A stretch of DNA of 63,195 bases, filler included, from Anaerolineae bacterium (GCA_029262755.1; 4 parts of 4 records of this genome joined end to end with filler, not necessarily neighbours in it), one strand, 5' to 3'. Shown: positions 21,961 to 32,766, counted from the first letter of the whole stretch. The notes: generated by a model not told the origin, from the sequence alone. Made by a program: numbers and translations.

Positions 21961-23187
21961 ATGCCCCCTCCCGCTTCAGAGTCCCCGTCCGTAAACAGCA
22001 CCGCAGAACCTGTCTCCGCGCTCGACCACCTCTCCTGCAGCGTCTGCGATCGCAACCACGAGGCCGACACACTCCAGGCGCTCTCCACATGTTGTAGTCG
22101 GCCCTTGCTGGCACGCTACGACTTGGAGCGGGTCGCGCAGACCGTGACACCGCAGCGCGCCGCGGCACGGCCCTTCGACCTCTGGCGCTACGCGGAGTTA
22201 TTGCCCGTAGGTAGCGGCGAACATCGGTTGCGGCTCGGCAGCGGTGGAACGCCGCTTCTTGCGACACCGCGCCTGGGTACGGAACTTGGGCTGCCGCGCC
22301 TGCGCATCAAAGATGAATCGCTGAACCCGACGGCCAGCTTCAAAGCCCGTGGGCTCGGCATGGCGGTCAGCCGCGCGGCGGAACTTGGAGTACGGCGTCT
22401 CGCGATTCCGAGCGCAGGCAACGCAGCGGGCGCGGCGGCCGCCTACGCCGCCGCCGCCGGCCTGCCCGTCGATGTGTTCATGCCCGCCGATGTGCCGGCG
22501 CTGTTCCGCACCGAATGCGAGGTGCTTGGCGCGTCCGTTCATCTGGTAGACGGCTTGATCACCGACTGCGGGGCACGCGTGCGCGCCGGTGTCGAAGAAC
22601 ATGGGTGGTGGGATCTGTCGACCCTCAAAGAACCCTATCGCCTCGAGGGCAAGAAGACGATGGGCTACGAGATCTGGCAGCAATGTGAAGGCCGCCTGCC
22701 CGATACCATCCTCTATCCCACCGGCGGAGGCACGGGTTTGATCGGGATCTGGAAGGCGTTCGCGGAGCTGCGCGCGCTCGGATGGTTGCCGGCCGATGCA
22801 GTGCTACCGCGCATGGTGGCCGTGCAGAGCAGCGGCTGTGCCCCGATCGTACGCGCCTTCGAACGCGGCGACGTGGAGGCGACGGCGTGGGTGGATGCCG
22901 CCACGATCGCGGACGGGTTGCGCGTGCCCGCCGCCGTGGGGGACCGGCTGATTCTAGAGGCGATCCGCGAGAGCGGCGGAACGGCAATCGCGGTAGACGA
23001 TGCCGCAATGATCGCGGAGGCGCGTCGCGCCGCGTCTCGGACAGGTGTGTTTCCGGCACCGGAGGGCGCGGCGTGCATGGCTGCGGCGAGGCAACTGCGC
23101 GCCTCCGGATGGTTGCGGGAACACGACGACGTCCTCGTGCTCAATACCGGCAGCGGATTGAAGTACGCGCACCTCTGGGAAGCGTAG
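21961..23187 (+). CDS. thrC: Threonine synthase (PLP-dependent)
   Basis: NPTASFKARG (PLP lysine), SAGNA, EGKKTMGYE, PTGGG and NTGSGLKY motifs. Confidence 0.9.
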   Translation: MPPPASESPSVNSTAEPVSALDHLSCSVCDRNHEADTLQALSTCCSRPLLARYDLERVAQTVTPQRAAARPFDLWRYAELLPVGSGEHRLRLGSGGTPLLATPRLGTELGLPRLRIKDESLNPTASFKARGLGMAVSRAAELGVRRLAIPSAGNAAGAAAAYAAAAGLPVDVFMPADVPALFRTECEVLGASVHLVDGLITDCGARVRAGVEEHGWWDLSTLKEPYRLEGKKTMGYEIWQQCEGRLPDTILYPTGGGTGLIGIWKAFAELRALGWLPADAVLPRMVAVQSSGCAPIVRAFERGDVEATAWVDAATIADGLRVPAAVGDRLILEAIRESGGTAIAVDDAAMIAEARRAASRTGVFPAPEGAACMAAARQLRASGWLREHDDVLVLNTGSGLKYAHLWEA

Positions 23188-23331
23188 GCGGACCCGACGC
23201 ACGCACGTTCGCACTTCCGGCTCGGTCGCCGACCAAACGGCCCCTTCGTGAAGAGGCGGCGATCCCGCTCCTGCGAGCGGGATCGCACAGCTCGGCGCTA
23301 CGCTCGTTGGCCTCAACCCCGGGCCCCACCG

Positions 23332-23930
23332 CTACCGTGGGGCGGTGATCGCAGGTCGGCCTTCGGAACTCACGGCACCATGCGTTTCGGGACGCAATCG
23401 GGATGCGCGCCGGACGCCGATCCAGACGGCCGTCATCACGTCCATGAACACGACGATCGCGAGGAGCGCCGTCCATCCGAGTGCGCTGGGGCGAGCGCCC
23501 AACGCAAGCGGCCCGGCCAGAAGCGCAACGGCGTTCCCCGGATCAGCGCGCCGTCCCCCGCGACGGCCACCACGGCCGAGGTGCCAGCGACGAGGCCGCC
23601 CAGCACGAGCATCATCGGCAGCAATCCTCGGCGCCAAACGACACGAGCAAAGCGTTCGGATCGAGATCCGGAGGGCAGGATCGCGAGTGCGGCGTCCAGC
23701 CACAGCGCGGGCGCGATCGCACGCAGGCCCCAGGACCAGCGGGTGGCAGCCTCCAGCCATTGCGGTCCCGCGGCCGCAACTGCATCGGCCATGACGGAGA
23801 GTGCCAACAACGTGAGGGCGGCAGAAGCGGGCACGGTCGCGCTAAGCCCGCCGCGCCGCCGCTCGTGCAGCAGATGAACGGCGAGAAAGAGTGAGAGAGC
23901 CGCTACGGCCAAGCGCGCAAGGAGCAACAC
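23332..23930 (-). CDS. Membrane protein, possibly frameshifted near 23500-23545
   Basis: Hydrophobic helices in ORF 23436-23930 appear to continue in a second frame (GNAVALLAGPLALG...WTALLAIVVFMDV) ending at 23332; the start abuts the sulfotransferase stop. Confidence 0.4.
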
Positions 23931-24752
23931 TTAGCGCTGTCCTCCCGGTGCGTCGAAGTCGAGCCGATAGCCCCAACGGTCCATCTCGTCCGCACACAAA
24001 GCGGCCAACCGATCGCGGCGCGCCTTCGACCACTGCACCGGATGCTCGTAGTCACCCGGGGCGCGATCCGGGAAGGAGCTCAGCGCGCGTGTTTCGCGGA
24101 ATTCGGCCGCCATCGCCGGCTCGCCGGACGGCGCGTCTAGGAAGGCGCAGATGCGCGCGGCCGCAACGCCAGGGCGTTGCGCAAGCTGCGCCTGAGCGAG
24201 TTCGAGGAATCGACCCTCAAGTACCGGCCGCACGTCGCGCCAGGCGGACATCGTGCGGCGCCAGCCATCCGCCAGGCTTTCGAATCGCGCGTCCGAGTCC
24301 CCCCACATCCGTAATCCCGACGCCACGACGGCAATGGGATTGCGGTGCAAGAACAAGAATTGTGAACGCGGGAACACGTGCGCCAGCTCCGGCGCTACGG
24401 TGACGGGGTCGTGTCCCGGCGACTTGTCGAGCCACCGGTGGAGCGCGGGGTCGAGATGGTCGCGATGAAAGCGATCGATCGCGAGCCCGAGATAGGCCGC
24501 GTAGCGTTCCGCGCGGATGTCACCCAGGGCCATCAAGGGGTCACGCAGCGGCGTCAGATGGCTCGGATCGCGCAGTTCGCGAAATGGTCGCAACGCCTCA
24601 AACCAAAGGTGCCCCTCCCCGAACCCGATGATGCCGATTCGGTGAAGCCCTCGCGCCGTGATCGACGTGCCGGAGCGCTGCATTCCGCGAACGAACACGG
24701 GGTCGAGGGCCCGCCACCTTCGCTGCATAGGCGGCCACGTGTCCTCGATCAT
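23931..24752 (-). CDS. Sulfotransferase family protein
   Basis: GMQRSGTS (5'-PSB loop), DKSP and RNPIAVVAS (3'-PB motif). Confidence 0.85.
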   Translation of the reverse strand: MIEDTWPPMQRRWRALDPVFVRGMQRSGTSITARGLHRIGIIGFGEGHLWFEALRPFRELRDPSHLTPLRDPLMALGDIRAERYAAYLGLAIDRFHRDHLDPALHRWLDKSPGHDPVTVAPELAHVFPRSQFLFLHRNPIAVVASGLRMWGDSDARFESLADGWRRTMSAWRDVRPVLEGRFLELAQAQLAQRPGVAAARICAFLDAPSGEPAMAAEFRETRALSSFPDRAPGDYEHPVQWSKARRDRLAALCADEMDRWGYRLDFDAPGGQR

Positions 24753-26785
24753 GCCCGGCTCGTACGAAGGCGCGACGCTGCCGCCGCTCCTTCACGCATC
24801 AGCAGCTCTGGGTCGACGTCCGCGCCCACGGCGCGTTGCATCCACGCACGGGGGCTAAGCCTACCGATGGCGCACATACGCTGCATCTCGTCGGCAAGCG
24901 ATCCACGCTCGACGTGTCGGCGAACCTGATGCGCGATAGCATGTCCGATCACGTAGCTCGGTAAGTACAACGGGTACGCGATCATGTGTTGATAGGCGCC
25001 GAGTAGGTGGTGGGGGTCAGGGCCAAAGAATTCCTCATAGCCGGCTGCCCATGTTTCGTCGCACAGCGCGAGGACACAATCCTGCAAGGCCTGTGGCGTC
25101 GGATCGTCGTGCTGGTAGATCCACTCCCAGGCGCGCTGCTCCACCAGCGCCGCGCCCGCGATTTGCCATGCAGCCAAGGCCTGCGAGACAGACGCTTCGT
25201 CACGCGCGCGCTCGTGGTCTCCGGACTCCACCCCGAGGAGCTCGCCGGCCCGAGCCTGGAAGAGGAAGGCGAACGCCTCACTGCACGCGGCGTTTGGGAC
25301 GCCGCGCAGCGCGGGGCGCGGCACCTCGCGCGCGGAGATCAGCTGCTCGATATTGTGGCCGAGCTCGTGGATCGCAATGTCGTAGCCGTCCCAGCCGAGT
25401 TGCTCGCTTCCGGTGAGCGCGTTCGTGCGCAGCCAAGCATCGGCATCGCGCAAGCGGGGTCCGCTGGCATGGCCGGCGCCGCGCGCGATCTCAACGCGGA
25501 CGCTGTCGCCGTAACGCGCGGCGGCCGCTGCGTCGAAGCCCAGGTCGAGCAACAACTGCGGCACGGCGGACTCGAGCGCCGCTGCATTCGGATAGCGCTC
25601 GGCGACGCGCGACGTCCATAGCTCGCGATGCGCTGTTTCCCGGACTCGATCAAAGTAGATGTCAAACGAAGCCAGCGGACGGCGCACCCGTGATGCCACA
25701 AAGGCGGCGAGCTCGACTCGACCGGGCGCCGTCAGGACGCTCTCAAGCAGCTGTGTGACCTGGCTCGTCGGCATCTCGCGCCGCAGCGCGTTGGCGCGTT
25801 CCAATGCGGAAGGCGCAACGGGGTAGTAGCGATCGAGGGCCCGTTCTGTGCGCGCAATGTGCAGCCAATGGGCATAGCGGGCGGGTCCGACAAACTCCGA
25901 AGCATCGTCGCTGCCCACCGTGTTGGCGACCGGATCCCACGAGGCGCAGCGGCCGCTTCGCATGACCGCCGCCGGTATGCTGCCGTCGACTGTCCGGCCC
26001 ATTACCGCTGCCAGTTGGCGCTGCGTCACCTGCCCGGCCGGATCATCGTAGCCCGCGCGGATCTGCTCGCGGATGAGCCAGTGGGCGACAAGCCGCCGAC
26101 CCGGTTCAAAGACGCGCGTTCCCGAGGCGTCCACCAGCCCGTCAACGGGTACTTGGAAGCCGTCCACGAACGCGCTCGCGCTCTGCCGGGCCGATCGCGC
26201 CTGCTCGCTCACCTCGACGGGAACACGGGGGCCAACCGCCCCAGCGAGTCGGGCTTCCGCCCACTGATCGGTCGACCACGATGCGCCGTCTTCCAGCATG
26301 GTCGACAAATTCGGCGGCGCGAAATGTAACAGGATCAGCGGTGCGAGACCCTGGCGATGAAGGGTGGTGGCTCGGTCCGGAGCCGGATCCAATCGCGCCG
26401 CGATATCATCGACGGCTGGGCACGGTTCTACGCGCAAATCGCGCCACCGGCGTAAGGAGCGTTGAAGCTCGCCCAGATGGCCATCGAGCAGGTCGAGGAT
26501 GTGCTCGATTCGATCCCGAAGGAGCGACCGCCCCGGCCCCATGGGCACAAAGCGTTGTACGCAAAAGTCCTCGAATGCGGTCGCCGGCCCGTCCTCCTTC
26601 CGCCATGCGCGCGCAACGCGTTCCACGCCGGTGGTCGCGTCCGTTGCAGCCGCCGATCCGTGGACCGCGACGAGTTGCGCGACGATGTCCGGCACCATCT
26701 CGACAAGCGCTACCGCATCGTTCGTCGCTTCACGGGCTTCGCGAAGAATGGATCCGGACTCGGTCACGTCTTCTGTCACGCGCAT
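24749..26785 (-). CDS. Gluzincin-type (M3-like) zinc metallopeptidase
   Basis: HELGH followed by EAFAF third ligand and HMIAYPLY; stop overlaps the sulfotransferase start (ATGA). Confidence 0.65.
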   Translation of the reverse strand: MRVTEDVTESGSILREAREATNDAVALVEMVPDIVAQLVAVHGSAAATDATTGVERVARAWRKEDGPATAFEDFCVQRFVPMGPGRSLLRDRIEHILDLLDGHLGELQRSLRRWRDLRVEPCPAVDDIAARLDPAPDRATTLHRQGLAPLILLHFAPPNLSTMLEDGASWSTDQWAEARLAGAVGPRVPVEVSEQARSARQSASAFVDGFQVPVDGLVDASGTRVFEPGRRLVAHWLIREQIRAGYDDPAGQVTQRQLAAVMGRTVDGSIPAAVMRSGRCASWDPVANTVGSDDASEFVGPARYAHWLHIARTERALDRYYPVAPSALERANALRREMPTSQVTQLLESVLTAPGRVELAAFVASRVRRPLASFDIYFDRVRETAHRELWTSRVAERYPNAAALESAVPQLLLDLGFDAAAAARYGDSVRVEIARGAGHASGPRLRDADAWLRTNALTGSEQLGWDGYDIAIHELGHNIEQLISAREVPRPALRGVPNAACSEAFAFLFQARAGELLGVESGDHERARDEASVSQALAAWQIAGAALVEQRAWEWIYQHDDPTPQALQDCVLALCDETWAAGYEEFFGPDPHHLLGAYQHMIAYPLYLPSYVIGHAIAHQVRRHVERGSLADEMQRMCAIGRLSPRAWMQRAVGADVDPELLMREGAAAASRLRTSRA

Positions 26786-27077
26786 GGAGCGGCCTTTCGC
26801 GTTGGAAGGTGGTGGGTGCACTGAATGTCCGCGAGCCGTGGATTGCGCCCGGTGATCCAACCCGCGACGACGCCGAGCGCCACGTTCCCGCTGCCGCGAG
26901 TGGCTCTGACTGCGGGCGATCATAGCATCGACGCCTGCCTGCCCTCGGCAGTGCCAAAGACTGTTGTGAGCCCCCGTTCCTTGGGCTACCCTGACTCAAC
27001 TTCGATGGAGGCGCTCGACCCCCCCCGAGCGTCAATCCGCGGCCGGGCACGGCCGCTCGCCCAGACCAAGGTGGGGC

Positions 27078-28580
27078 ATGGCTCCTTCAACGATCAGCCA
27101 ATCATCGGCAGCGGTGTCGCAACGGTCTCGGATCGCCGGTCGGACGACCGGGATCGTGATCGTTGCGATGGTGTTCGCCGCCCTCGCGGTGGGTATCCCT
27201 CCCGGCCGCGCACAGACGGCGCCTCCCTGTTCTCTGGACGTGACACGGTCCGTGGCTCCACGTGTCGTAGCCGCCGGAGAATCCGTGACCGTGACCGTGC
27301 GGTGGCGCTACGCGTGCAAGCCGGACGAACGGCGTGTACGCGACGTTGTGATCGCCCTCGACATTTCCGCGGGCCTCAACGACGCGAGCGGGCGACTCCT
27401 ACCTGCCGTTCAGGACGGACTTGCACGGATCGTCAACCGGTTGCCGGTTGATGAGGCGCGCCTGGGCATCATCTTCTACGACACGCGAATCCGTGCCAAC
27501 CTGCAACCGGCGACGGGTCTGGAAGCCTACACCCAACGACGCGACGCGATTCGGGGCGTTCGAAACACAGGGAGCGGCTTCGCCGATGCGCGTGTGGCTC
27601 TCGATGCGGCAGCGGCTGCGTTGGGCGACGAAGCGCAGGAGCCTGTGATCGTACTGGTTGATGTCGGTGGTTCGCTGCCACCGTCTCGATCCATCTCCGA
27701 CGTGCTCACAACCTGCCGTTCTCTTCAGGACGCGGGGGCGTCTGTCGCCGTTCTCTCCTTGCCGGGCTCCAATGCGCGGTTTGCTTCGTGTGCGAGTATC
27801 GGTGGAGAGATGACGTCGATCACCGCGGACGGCAGCGATGCGCCGCTCTTGCTCGGTGGTCTGGCCGGCCGGTGGATCGGCGATCCGGATCCACTCTTGA
27901 CGGAATGGCATGAGCCACTAGACGCAGCCGGGTGGAGCTATGAACTGGCGTCGGGCCGGCCGCGAGACCCCGATGCGCTGCGCGGCGCGGAACGAATGTG
28001 GCAGGAATACGCGATCTCCGCGGCGGGCGACCACACGCTCACCTGGCGCGCCAAGGCACAGCCGGTGCGCACGGCGGTCACGACGAGTGTCACGACGGCC
28101 GGCGGCCCCTTCGTCGCCCTGATCGACCGAGCGGGGCACGCTTTCACGTGGCCGGCCCCGCGCGTCCCGCTGTGCATTCACCCCGCAGAGAGCGTGGACG
28201 GTTGCGCGGGCTTCGTCGCGCGGCTCACGGCGACGGTGCCCGCTCCGTCGCCGGATCCGCCATCGACGCCTACGGTACCCAGTATCACAGCGACGCCGAC
28301 CACGGCCGCTCCGGGCGCAACGGAGACACCCGCAGCCGCAACAACGACGACTCCTAGCCCCACGCCGGACTCCGGCGCGACGTTGACAGCGACCCGAACC
28401 CCCGCTGTTTCGGCGACGGCGATCGCTACGCCCTCGACGGCCACGCCGGTTCCAACCGAACCCGCCGCGAGCCCGACGACCGAGCGCCCGGAGGCCACAC
28501 CCACGCCGGGTGCGGCGCCCCGGGCGCCGATTTTCCTACCAATGCTAATCCGCGGTGCGGGCGCCCGTGCCGGCGCATGA
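27078..28580 (+). CDS. Secreted vWA-domain protein with Pro/Thr-rich linker and C-terminal IFLP tail
   Basis: Signal peptide, DVVIALDISAG (degenerate MIDAS), PT repeats, PIFLPMLIR. Confidence 0.75.
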   Translation: MAPSTISQSSAAVSQRSRIAGRTTGIVIVAMVFAALAVGIPPGRAQTAPPCSLDVTRSVAPRVVAAGESVTVTVRWRYACKPDERRVRDVVIALDISAGLNDASGRLLPAVQDGLARIVNRLPVDEARLGIIFYDTRIRANLQPATGLEAYTQRRDAIRGVRNTGSGFADARVALDAAAAALGDEAQEPVIVLVDVGGSLPPSRSISDVLTTCRSLQDAGASVAVLSLPGSNARFASCASIGGEMTSITADGSDAPLLLGGLAGRWIGDPDPLLTEWHEPLDAAGWSYELASGRPRDPDALRGAERMWQEYAISAAGDHTLTWRAKAQPVRTAVTTSVTTAGGPFVALIDRAGHAFTWPAPRVPLCIHPAESVDGCAGFVARLTATVPAPSPDPPSTPTVPSITATPTTAAPGATETPAAATTTTPSPTPDSGATLTATRTPAVSATAIATPSTATPVPTEPAASPTTERPEATPTPGAAPRAPIFLPMLIRGAGARAGA

Positions 28581-28611
28581 ATCCCCCATCGCGGCAATCA
28601 TGGCCAAGCGG

Positions 28612-29214
28612 CTATTGCGCTGACATCGCCTCTACGTCGAAGATGAGCGTCGCGCCACCGGGAATTCCAATCTGGGGAATGCCACCGTCACCGTATGCAA
28701 GGTCGGCCGGAATGATCAGCACGCGGCGACCACCGACCGCCATGCCCTGCAAACCAATGTCCCAGCCCTGGATCACGCCGCCCGTTCCCACGGTCACGGG
28801 GAACGTGTCGCCGCGCGTGCAGGAAGAATCGAACATCGAGCCGTCCTCGAGGAAGCCTGCATAGTGCATGTCGACGCGCGTGCCGGCCGCAATCGGCGTG
28901 CCTTCTCCCACGGTCAGGTCCTTGTACATCAACCCGCCACCGAGGTCCTCAAAGCCCTCGTCCACCGCCGGGATGCTCAGCCCCCCAGCGCAGACCGCGC
29001 TCGCCACCATAACCGGCGCCGGTTCGACGGGCGCGACAGGCGGGGCTTCATCGACGGCGGCCGCGTTGTCCGCCGGGGCATTCGTGTTGGCGGCGGCGTC
29101 GTCGACGGCCGCCGTGTCGGGCGCGGCCTCTTCATCGCTCGAACACGCGGCCAAGGGCAAGAGCAAGAGCAGCGACAGGGCAAACAGAGAGGCAATCGGG
29201 GCGCAACGGCGCAA
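28612..29214 (-). CDS. FKBP-type peptidyl-prolyl isomerase lipoprotein
   Basis: LAAC lipobox, HYAGFLEDGSMFDSS, VIQGWDIG and LAYG motifs; TTG 29214 after CAGGAG. Confidence 0.92.
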   Translation of the reverse strand: MRRCAPIASLFALSLLLLLPLAACSSDEEAAPDTAAVDDAAANTNAPADNAAAVDEAPPVAPVEPAPVMVASAVCAGGLSIPAVDEGFEDLGGGLMYKDLTVGEGTPIAAGTRVDMHYAGFLEDGSMFDSSCTRGDTFPVTVGTGGVIQGWDIGLQGMAVGGRRVLIIPADLAYGDGGIPQIGIPGGATLIFDVEAMSAQ

Positions 29215-29309
29215 GGTAGTCTCCTGATCGGGAACACGGGATCTCGTGCGACCCGTGTCGTAGCGGCATCGAAGGGGCGAGATGGTACGAGCCGGCCGGC
29301 ACGGCGTCA

Positions 29310-30140
29310 ATGAGCAGCCTGCCACGAATCGTCCCGATCGACGACCCTTCCGATCCACGCGTAGCGGCGTATCGGACGATACGAGACCGGGACCTTCTCG
29401 GACATCCATCGCGGCCGGACCGCTTCGTCGGCGAACAAGACCTGATCGTACGGCGGATGCTTGCACGGCCCGGATGCACGGAGAGTGTGCTGGTCGTACC
29501 CGCGAAGCTAGCCCGCGTGATCGAGCATGTGCCACCGGAGGTGCCCGTCTACGTGGCCTCCAAGGCCGTCATGTCCGCCGTGGTCGGCTTTCCCATCCAC
29601 CGGGGTGTGCTCGCCATCGGCAGGCGTCCTCATCCTGACCTACTTCAGCCGGACCACGTGCTGGAACAGATCGGCTCCGGCGGCGCCACAGTGCTCGTAC
29701 TCGAGGATATCTCCCACGTCGACAACCTAGGCTTTCTCTTTCGCGTCGCGGCGGCGCTCGCCGTGGATGCCGTGCTGCTGAGCCCCGGTTGCCACGACCC
29801 GCTCTACCGCAAGGCGCTGCGGCTCTCCATCGGGCATGTTCTCGAAGTCCCGTGGGCACGCGTCGACCCGTGGCCTTCCGGCCTGGCGACGCTCAGCGAA
29901 CGCTGGGGATTGGAGTTCGTCGCCGCCGCGACGGAGGACGCGATCCCGCTCGATGCGTGCGAGCGACCGGAGCGCGTGGCGCTACTCGTGGGCACGGAAC
30001 GTCATGGCTTGAGCGACGATGCGCTTGCCCTGTGTCGACTTCGCGTCCGTATCCCAATGGCGGAGGGCGTCGACTCTTTGAACGTTGCGGTTGCCGCGGC
30101 CATTTGCCTGCATCATCTAAGCGTCGGGAAGCGGGTCTAG
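29310..30140 (+). CDS. TrmH/SpoU family RNA methyltransferase
   Basis: NLGFLFR, GTERHGLS and IPMAEGVDSLNVAVAAA SPOUT motifs. Confidence 0.92.
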   Translation: MSSLPRIVPIDDPSDPRVAAYRTIRDRDLLGHPSRPDRFVGEQDLIVRRMLARPGCTESVLVVPAKLARVIEHVPPEVPVYVASKAVMSAVVGFPIHRGVLAIGRRPHPDLLQPDHVLEQIGSGGATVLVLEDISHVDNLGFLFRVAAALAVDAVLLSPGCHDPLYRKALRLSIGHVLEVPWARVDPWPSGLATLSERWGLEFVAAATEDAIPLDACERPERVALLVGTERHGLSDDALALCRLRVRIPMAEGVDSLNVAVAAAICLHHLSVGKRV

Positions 30141-30229
30141 TTCGTGGGCGCTGTGCAGTCGCAGACGTACGTTCTGCGATGCTGTTCGGTTGAGGAGCGA
30201 TCCGCGCTGCGCGGTTGCAGGTCGGTCGC

Positions 30230-30796
30230 TCACGTGTCCGAATCGGCGCCGAGTCTCAGGGAGAGCTGTTCCGGTGCGTCCAGCAACCACACGGGATCCC
30301 CAACACGAACACACCCACCCGACATGACACGCGCATAGAGGCGCGACCATCCTGGATGGCGCGTTTGGGATACCCGATCGTAGCCACCATCCCGGAAGGC
30401 GCCCGCGATCTGACGGCACGGCACCGCGAAGCTCGTCAGCTCGAGGCGTACGTCCGCTCCGAGAGCGAGTTGCCGGCCCGGCACCATGTGTTCCCAATCG
30501 ATGCCGGCAAGCGTGATGTTTTCGCCGATGGCACCCGGCTCGATCGGATGACCCTCCGCCTGCAGGGCCTTGATAAGCTCGCACGCGTACACGCACACGG
30601 CGCGCGTCGGGCCACCGTGGAATGCGGTATGTCGCTGCCGGTCACCATGCAGCCCTGCGGCATCGATGCGCGCTTCCGCGATGCCGCGTTTGGGCACACC
30701 CCCGTCACTTATGAGGATCGCTCCAATCCGACCCTTTGAAGCGGTCGCGCGCGGGTAGGCGGTTGCAGACGAGGCACCTTCGTACGATTCGTTCAT
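30230..30796 (-). CDS. MOSC-domain (YiiM-like) protein
   Basis: GGVPK, HGGPTRAVCVY, GENITLAG and VPC conserved Cys. Confidence 0.88.
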   Translation of the reverse strand: MNESYEGASSATAYPRATASKGRIGAILISDGGVPKRGIAEARIDAAGLHGDRQRHTAFHGGPTRAVCVYACELIKALQAEGHPIEPGAIGENITLAGIDWEHMVPGRQLALGADVRLELTSFAVPCRQIAGAFRDGGYDRVSQTRHPGWSRLYARVMSGGCVRVGDPVWLLDAPEQLSLRLGADSDT

Positions 30797-30861
30797 CGTG
30801 GTTGCTCCCTGCGGTCGAGATCGAGCGGTCGCCTGGGACTGAGAACGGGCTTGGGATCGGG

Positions 30862-32610
30862 CTAGCGCAAGCTGCGACGAACGCGCGCGCTGACGATGTC
30901 GACCGCCAAGGTCAGCACGATGAAGACGACGATCGTGGCGGACATGCCATCGAAATCGAAACTCGTTCGCTGCTCTTCGAGGAGTCGGCCGAGCCCGCCG
31001 GCTCCCACGAGGCCGACGATCGCGGTGGCGCGGATGCACTCCTCCCAGCGGTAGACCGCGTAGGCCGTGAAGCGCGGCAGTGCTGCCGGCATGGTTGCGT
31101 AGGCCAGGGCTTCGGCGTTGGATGCGCCGGCAGCCAAGAGCGCTTCGCCCGGACGATCGTCCATCGTCTCCAAGACTTCCGCAGCCAAGCGGCCCACGAT
31201 GCCACCGGTGTAGATCGCGAGCGCAAGGGCGCCGGGCACGACGCCAGGAAAGAGCACGAAGAGAAATGCCAAGGCCCAAATTGGTGCCGGAACCGTGCGC
31301 ATCGCCAAGAGCACGGCCCGTGCGCCGCCAAAGCGCAGCACGCGTCCGAAGGCATGTCGCGCGCGTTCAGGCTCATACGACCGGCTGGTGTGCCGTCGGC
31401 TTCGTGCGGCGGGCAACGCGAGCGCGAGGCCGAGAACGGACGCTCCTACGATGGCAAGCACGGACATCGAAAGCGTCTGGACGGCCGCGAGAGCAGCCTG
31501 GTCCCAAGTCACGGGATCAAAGCGCGGCGGCCACGCGGCCTGGATCAATTCCCCTACACGCACGCGAGTGGTGGGTTGTAGCAGCGTGCGCGGCGATGGT
31601 CCGATGACCAACCAGGCTAACGGCGCCGAGACTAGCCACACGAGGGCGGTGCCGCGGAGCGCGGAACGCACCGTAGGGTCTGCGCGGGAAGCAGAACCCG
31701 TCTCCGGGCCGGTAGCATCACGACGGGGCGTGCGCATGCGGGGGCTCGCTCCGCGCCCCATACGTCGGCGGACGCGTCCGCTCCAGGCGTCCGTGGCGCC
31801 GTTCAAGAGGAATAGCGCAGCCAGTAGGGTCCACAGTTCTTCGTAGCGCAACGACTGGAGGCTGAGGCGAAGCTGGTAGCCCAATCCGCCGGCGCCGATG
31901 ATACCCAGTACCGCCGACGCGCGGATGCTGCACTCGAATCGATACAGTGCGTATGCGGTCCAATCGGGCAGGACGCCGGGCAGGAGGCCGTAGAGGATCG
32001 CTGCCGAACGTGTCGCGCCGGCACCGCGCAACGAGCGCATGGTTCCGCGTGGTTGTTCGTCCAGCAACTCCGAAAAGACTTTTGCGGTAATCGCACCGTA
32101 AGGAATGCCGATGGCTAGTACCGCGACGAGGGGGTCAAGCCCGAGAATCATGATGAGCAACAGTCCCCAGACGGCCTCGTGCAAGCCGCGGGGGACAGAG
32201 AGCGCGAGTCGGGTGCTCAGCCAGCCCCAACGCGCAGCGCGGCGCCTTCCTGCAGACGACGTCGCGGCCGTCTCCCACCAACTCTCCGAGCTCAGGATTC
32301 CAAAGACGAGCCCTACGACGACAGCAAGGCTGGCACCCAACACGGCGTAGCCCAACGTGGTCGCGCTCGCCTCCGCCGTGATCCATAGGAACTCCGCGGA
32401 GAGCGCTGGATACCGCGCCGCCGCCAAGAAGCGCCGCAGCACGGTCCATCCGCCTAGGTTGAGGATGAGACCGTTTGGTGCAGCGAGCACGGCCACGCCG
32501 AGCGAGAGCAGGGTGGCGACGCCCGCCACGGCCAGCCAACGCACGCGCGGGTCGTCGCGCCGCGCTATGGCCGGCCGTACCCGTGGCAGTGCCGAAGCGA
32601 CGGAACTCAC
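30862..32610 (-). CDS. PhnE/PtxC-family ABC permease (two fused permease units)
   Basis: Duplicated YRFECSIRASAVLGIIGAGGLG / YRWEECIRATAIVGLVGAGGLG. Confidence 0.9.
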   Translation of the reverse strand: MSSVASALPRVRPAIARRDDPRVRWLAVAGVATLLSLGVAVLAAPNGLILNLGGWTVLRRFLAAARYPALSAEFLWITAEASATTLGYAVLGASLAVVVGLVFGILSSESWWETAATSSAGRRRAARWGWLSTRLALSVPRGLHEAVWGLLLIMILGLDPLVAVLAIGIPYGAITAKVFSELLDEQPRGTMRSLRGAGATRSAAILYGLLPGVLPDWTAYALYRFECSIRASAVLGIIGAGGLGYQLRLSLQSLRYEELWTLLAALFLLNGATDAWSGRVRRRMGRGASPRMRTPRRDATGPETGSASRADPTVRSALRGTALVWLVSAPLAWLVIGPSPRTLLQPTTRVRVGELIQAAWPPRFDPVTWDQAALAAVQTLSMSVLAIVGASVLGLALALPAARSRRHTSRSYEPERARHAFGRVLRFGGARAVLLAMRTVPAPIWALAFLFVLFPGVVPGALALAIYTGGIVGRLAAEVLETMDDRPGEALLAAGASNAEALAYATMPAALPRFTAYAVYRWEECIRATAIVGLVGAGGLGRLLEEQRTSFDFDGMSATIVVFIVLTLAVDIVSARVRRSLR

Positions 32611-32766
32611 GCGTGCACGGCCGAACGAACGCTACGCGCGGCGCGCGTCGACCCGCCCGCGCTTTGGTTCCCGGGAACAAGTATGGCGATCCACGGTCGT
32701 TTCAATGTCGACGCCTCGCGGATGGGCGTCGGGGCCGGCGGACGTGGCTTTCCCGCCTTCCCTGCT

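Noticed and set aside
28240..28520. Repetitive ACG/CCG-rich DNA
   Set aside because: Encodes the Pro/Thr linker of the vWA protein; not an independent repeat
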